Shown here one piece after another: positions 61,743-64,000 of a DNA stretch of 64,000 nt. The stretch's first letter is position 1, and each line of letters starts with the position of its first letter. A program made the translations under genes and the position numbers. Source of the DNA: Opitutales bacterium. GTDB lineage: Bacteria; Verrucomicrobiota; Verrucomicrobiia; Opitutales; UBA2987. The notes beneath the pieces were generated by a model, which saw nothing but the letters and a program-made list of their open reading frames with translations, had not been told where the DNA came from and made no database searches. The stretch spans positions 160,001-224,000 of the forward strand of contig CBDDEL010000014.1 in assembly GCA_965226885.1 (NCBI GenBank). The letters are read 5' to 3'.

Positions 61743-62753
61743 TCAGGCACGGCTGAGAGGAGAACCGGTAAATCGGAAAAGGGCTCGCAGCAAGAAGTCG
61801 CTGTGGGCCGTGACACGAGTGGCCATGATGGTGGCCTTGACGCTGCGCCGGGAAATCTTGACCTCGGCCCCGTTGGTATAATTGCGGTTGCTATGGATGT
61901 TGCGCAAGGTCAGCAAGGCCATCCCGATGGCCCATAGACAAAAATTCCGCAATCCGGTCTCCTTTTTGGGAATGAGGAGGGAATAGGCGAGGGCGTCTTG
62001 CAGGTGTTCGTAGGAAATGCCCACCAGCTTGCGGATGCCGACAGTAAAATTTTCGCGATTCTTATCGGAGGCGAGGTCATTGAGGTCGTAGCCAGCCTCG
62101 GCAAAAATATCTCGCGGCAGCCAGCAGGCGGAGCGCTGCCGGTCTTCCCAGATGTCTTTTAAAATATTGGTCATCTGCAAACCCTGGCCGAAAGAGACCG
62201 CTCTTTTCATCAAGGCCTCCCGGTTTTCCGCTATCTGCGGGGAATAGAGGCAAAACAGATCGGTCAGCATTTCTCCCACCACTCCGGCCACATAATAGCA
62301 ATAAAGCTCCATTTCCTCCAGATTGTCGAGTCCGGCGGGGCCTTCCTTCTCCTGAAACCGGGCCATTCCCTCCGCCATAATGCGGATGCAGCGTTCCATA
62401 GCCCGGCGCTGATCGGCCGAGAAGCTGTGCGTGAGGCGGATCACTTGCGGGGTGTTTTCGATCAACTCGTGCTCGGCCGGTATGGTTGAGTCGGACAAAA
62501 GCGGGGCCAGTTCCCCGGCAAACTCCTCCAAATTTTCCTGACCCAAAACAACCTTCGAAAAACGGCTGCAAAAAGACCTCTTCTGTTCGGCCGACAAAGC
62601 CGGTTCATCTTCTATGGTGTCAACGATCCGGCACAGTAAATAAGCATTGGAGACCACCAGGCACAATTCCCCCGGCAACTGGGGAATGGTGAGGGCAAAA
62701 GTGCGCGAAACGCCTTCCAGCATTTGCTCCTGTAATTTTTCCAATGAGGACAT
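61743..62753 (-). CDS. Squalene synthase (farnesyl-diphosphate farnesyltransferase type)
   Basis: VSRTF, DTIED, YCYYVAGVVG, GLQMTNILKD. Confidence 0.88.
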   Translation of the reverse strand: MSSLEKLQEQMLEGVSRTFALTIPQLPGELCLVVSNAYLLCRIVDTIEDEPALSAEQKRSFCSRFSKVVLGQENLEEFAGELAPLLSDSTIPAEHELIENTPQVIRLTHSFSADQRRAMERCIRIMAEGMARFQEKEGPAGLDNLEEMELYCYYVAGVVGEMLTDLFCLYSPQIAENREALMKRAVSFGQGLQMTNILKDIWEDRQRSACWLPRDIFAEAGYDLNDLASDKNRENFTVGIRKLVGISYEHLQDALAYSLLIPKKETGLRNFCLWAIGMALLTLRNIHSNRNYTNGAEVKISRRSVKATIMATRVTAHSDFLLRALFRFTGSPLSRA

Positions 62754-62977
62754 GCTTTTTGTTATTTATCCAAAATTGACGGCCCTCGAGGGAAAAGATT
62801 GAGGATAACCGGACCTGCCAAGGCCTATTATTGACAAGGCAGCATTCTTGGCAAATCCCGTTCCACCGCAAGGATTAATGTGCTGGACGAGCATGGCAAC
62901 CGGCAGCGGAATTGCTCAGGTTTTAAGATGGGATACTGGATGCTGGATCTTGGTGTCAGGTGTCGGGTGTCAGGAGG

Positions 62978-64000
62978 TGATCGGACCCCATCTTTGCTAC
63001 CACTTTAAGTGAGAGTATTTCCGTAGGTTTGGTATTGTAGGTTTTGCAGCGGGTGGCGCAATGAGGCCGTAGGCCGAATGGAGCCAGCCGCTGCTTTGTT
63101 GATTGTTCGCCAGAGTCTGGCAAATGTATTTGGGGAGAGAAAGCCTAATCGGCTGTGGGGGTGTTTCGCGTTGTATTTGTGTCGCCATTGTTCGACCACC
63201 ACACGCGCTTCGGTCACGCTCAGGAACAGTTCCTGATTAAGGCATTCATCGCGCAAACGATTATGAAAGGATTCTATATGTCCATTCTGCCAAGGGCTTC
63301 CTGGATCAATGTATGCGATGGCAATTTCCTGTCGCTGCAGTTCTTCTTTGACTTGGTGGGCTATAAACTCCGATCCGTTGTCCGAGCGGATGCACTGAGG
63401 TTTGCCGTTCTCTCTTATGGCATCGTTCAATACCTCTACCACATCGGCACTTTTCAGTGAGCGCGCAACCTTAATGGCCAGGCATTGACGGGTATGTTCA
63501 TCGATCAGTGTCAAGAGCCTGAGCGGACCGCCCCGGTCGGTGCGATCCGCCACAAAGTCCCAACTCCACACATGGTTGGGCTGCACTGCTCGGGTCGGGG
63601 TAGCCGTGGATTGGCCCTGCCGGCGACGGCGCTTGCCAGGCGGCCGCACACCCAGTCCTTCGAAACGACGCACTTTTTGGACGAATTTGCGACTCACGGG
63701 CCAACCTTCATGGGTCAACAAAGCGCGGATCCGACGATAGCCATAGCGCGGATGCTTCTTCGAAAAGGCAATGATGCGTGCCACCAGTTTATGCCTATAC
63801 TCAGTAGCTTTCTTGGGTTCACTTTCTTGGGTTCATACAGGTAGGTTGAGCGGTGCAACCCAAAATACTGACAGGCCCGACGCAGCGAGCACGACCCTTG
63901 GGCCAATACATGCTTCACCGCTTCCTTTTTCTGCTTCGGGCCTACCATTTTTTTGCGTTCACCTCCTTGAGCACACGGTTCTCCAGCATCTGCTCGGCTA
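62978..64000 (-). mobile_element. IS3-family (IS407-like) element, partial; OrfB broken by a 14-bp duplication
   Basis: WSWDF, RSDNGSEF, WQNGHIES. A7 slippery run at 63948-63954. CTTTCTTGGGTTCA x2 at 63808-63835. End TGATCGGACCCC at 62978. Confidence 0.88.

Overview
Bacterial chromosomal window, probably Verrucomicrobiota/Opitutae-like (inferred from protein style, not from a search). Housekeeping and metabolic genes: a sulfur-assimilation/methionine operon (small ORF, sulfite reductase, siroheme genes, APS reductase, metY, metX), trxA, scpA, lptD, glgB, tig-clpP-clpX, hisA, serA and a hopanoid cluster (squalene synthase, shc, hpnG). About 12 kb (~19%) is insertion sequence: nine elements of the IS21, IS1, IS1380, IS3 and IS5-like types, four of them nested at the left edge. 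Several genes are broken, most often by exact 5-20 bp tandem duplications. Main findings: (1) a complete ribosome-mediated attenuator upstream of the sulfur operon, with a Cys/Met-rich leader peptide, an antiterminator and an intrinsic terminator, followed by a 70-aa basic protein of unknown function; (2) a ~103-aa Trp-rich C-terminal domain shared by two unrelated secreted hydrolases; (3) a window-wide tandem micro-duplication signature; (4) an IS3 end that supplies an in-frame SD+GTG to the gene it interrupted. No rRNA, tRNA or CRISPR array was seen.
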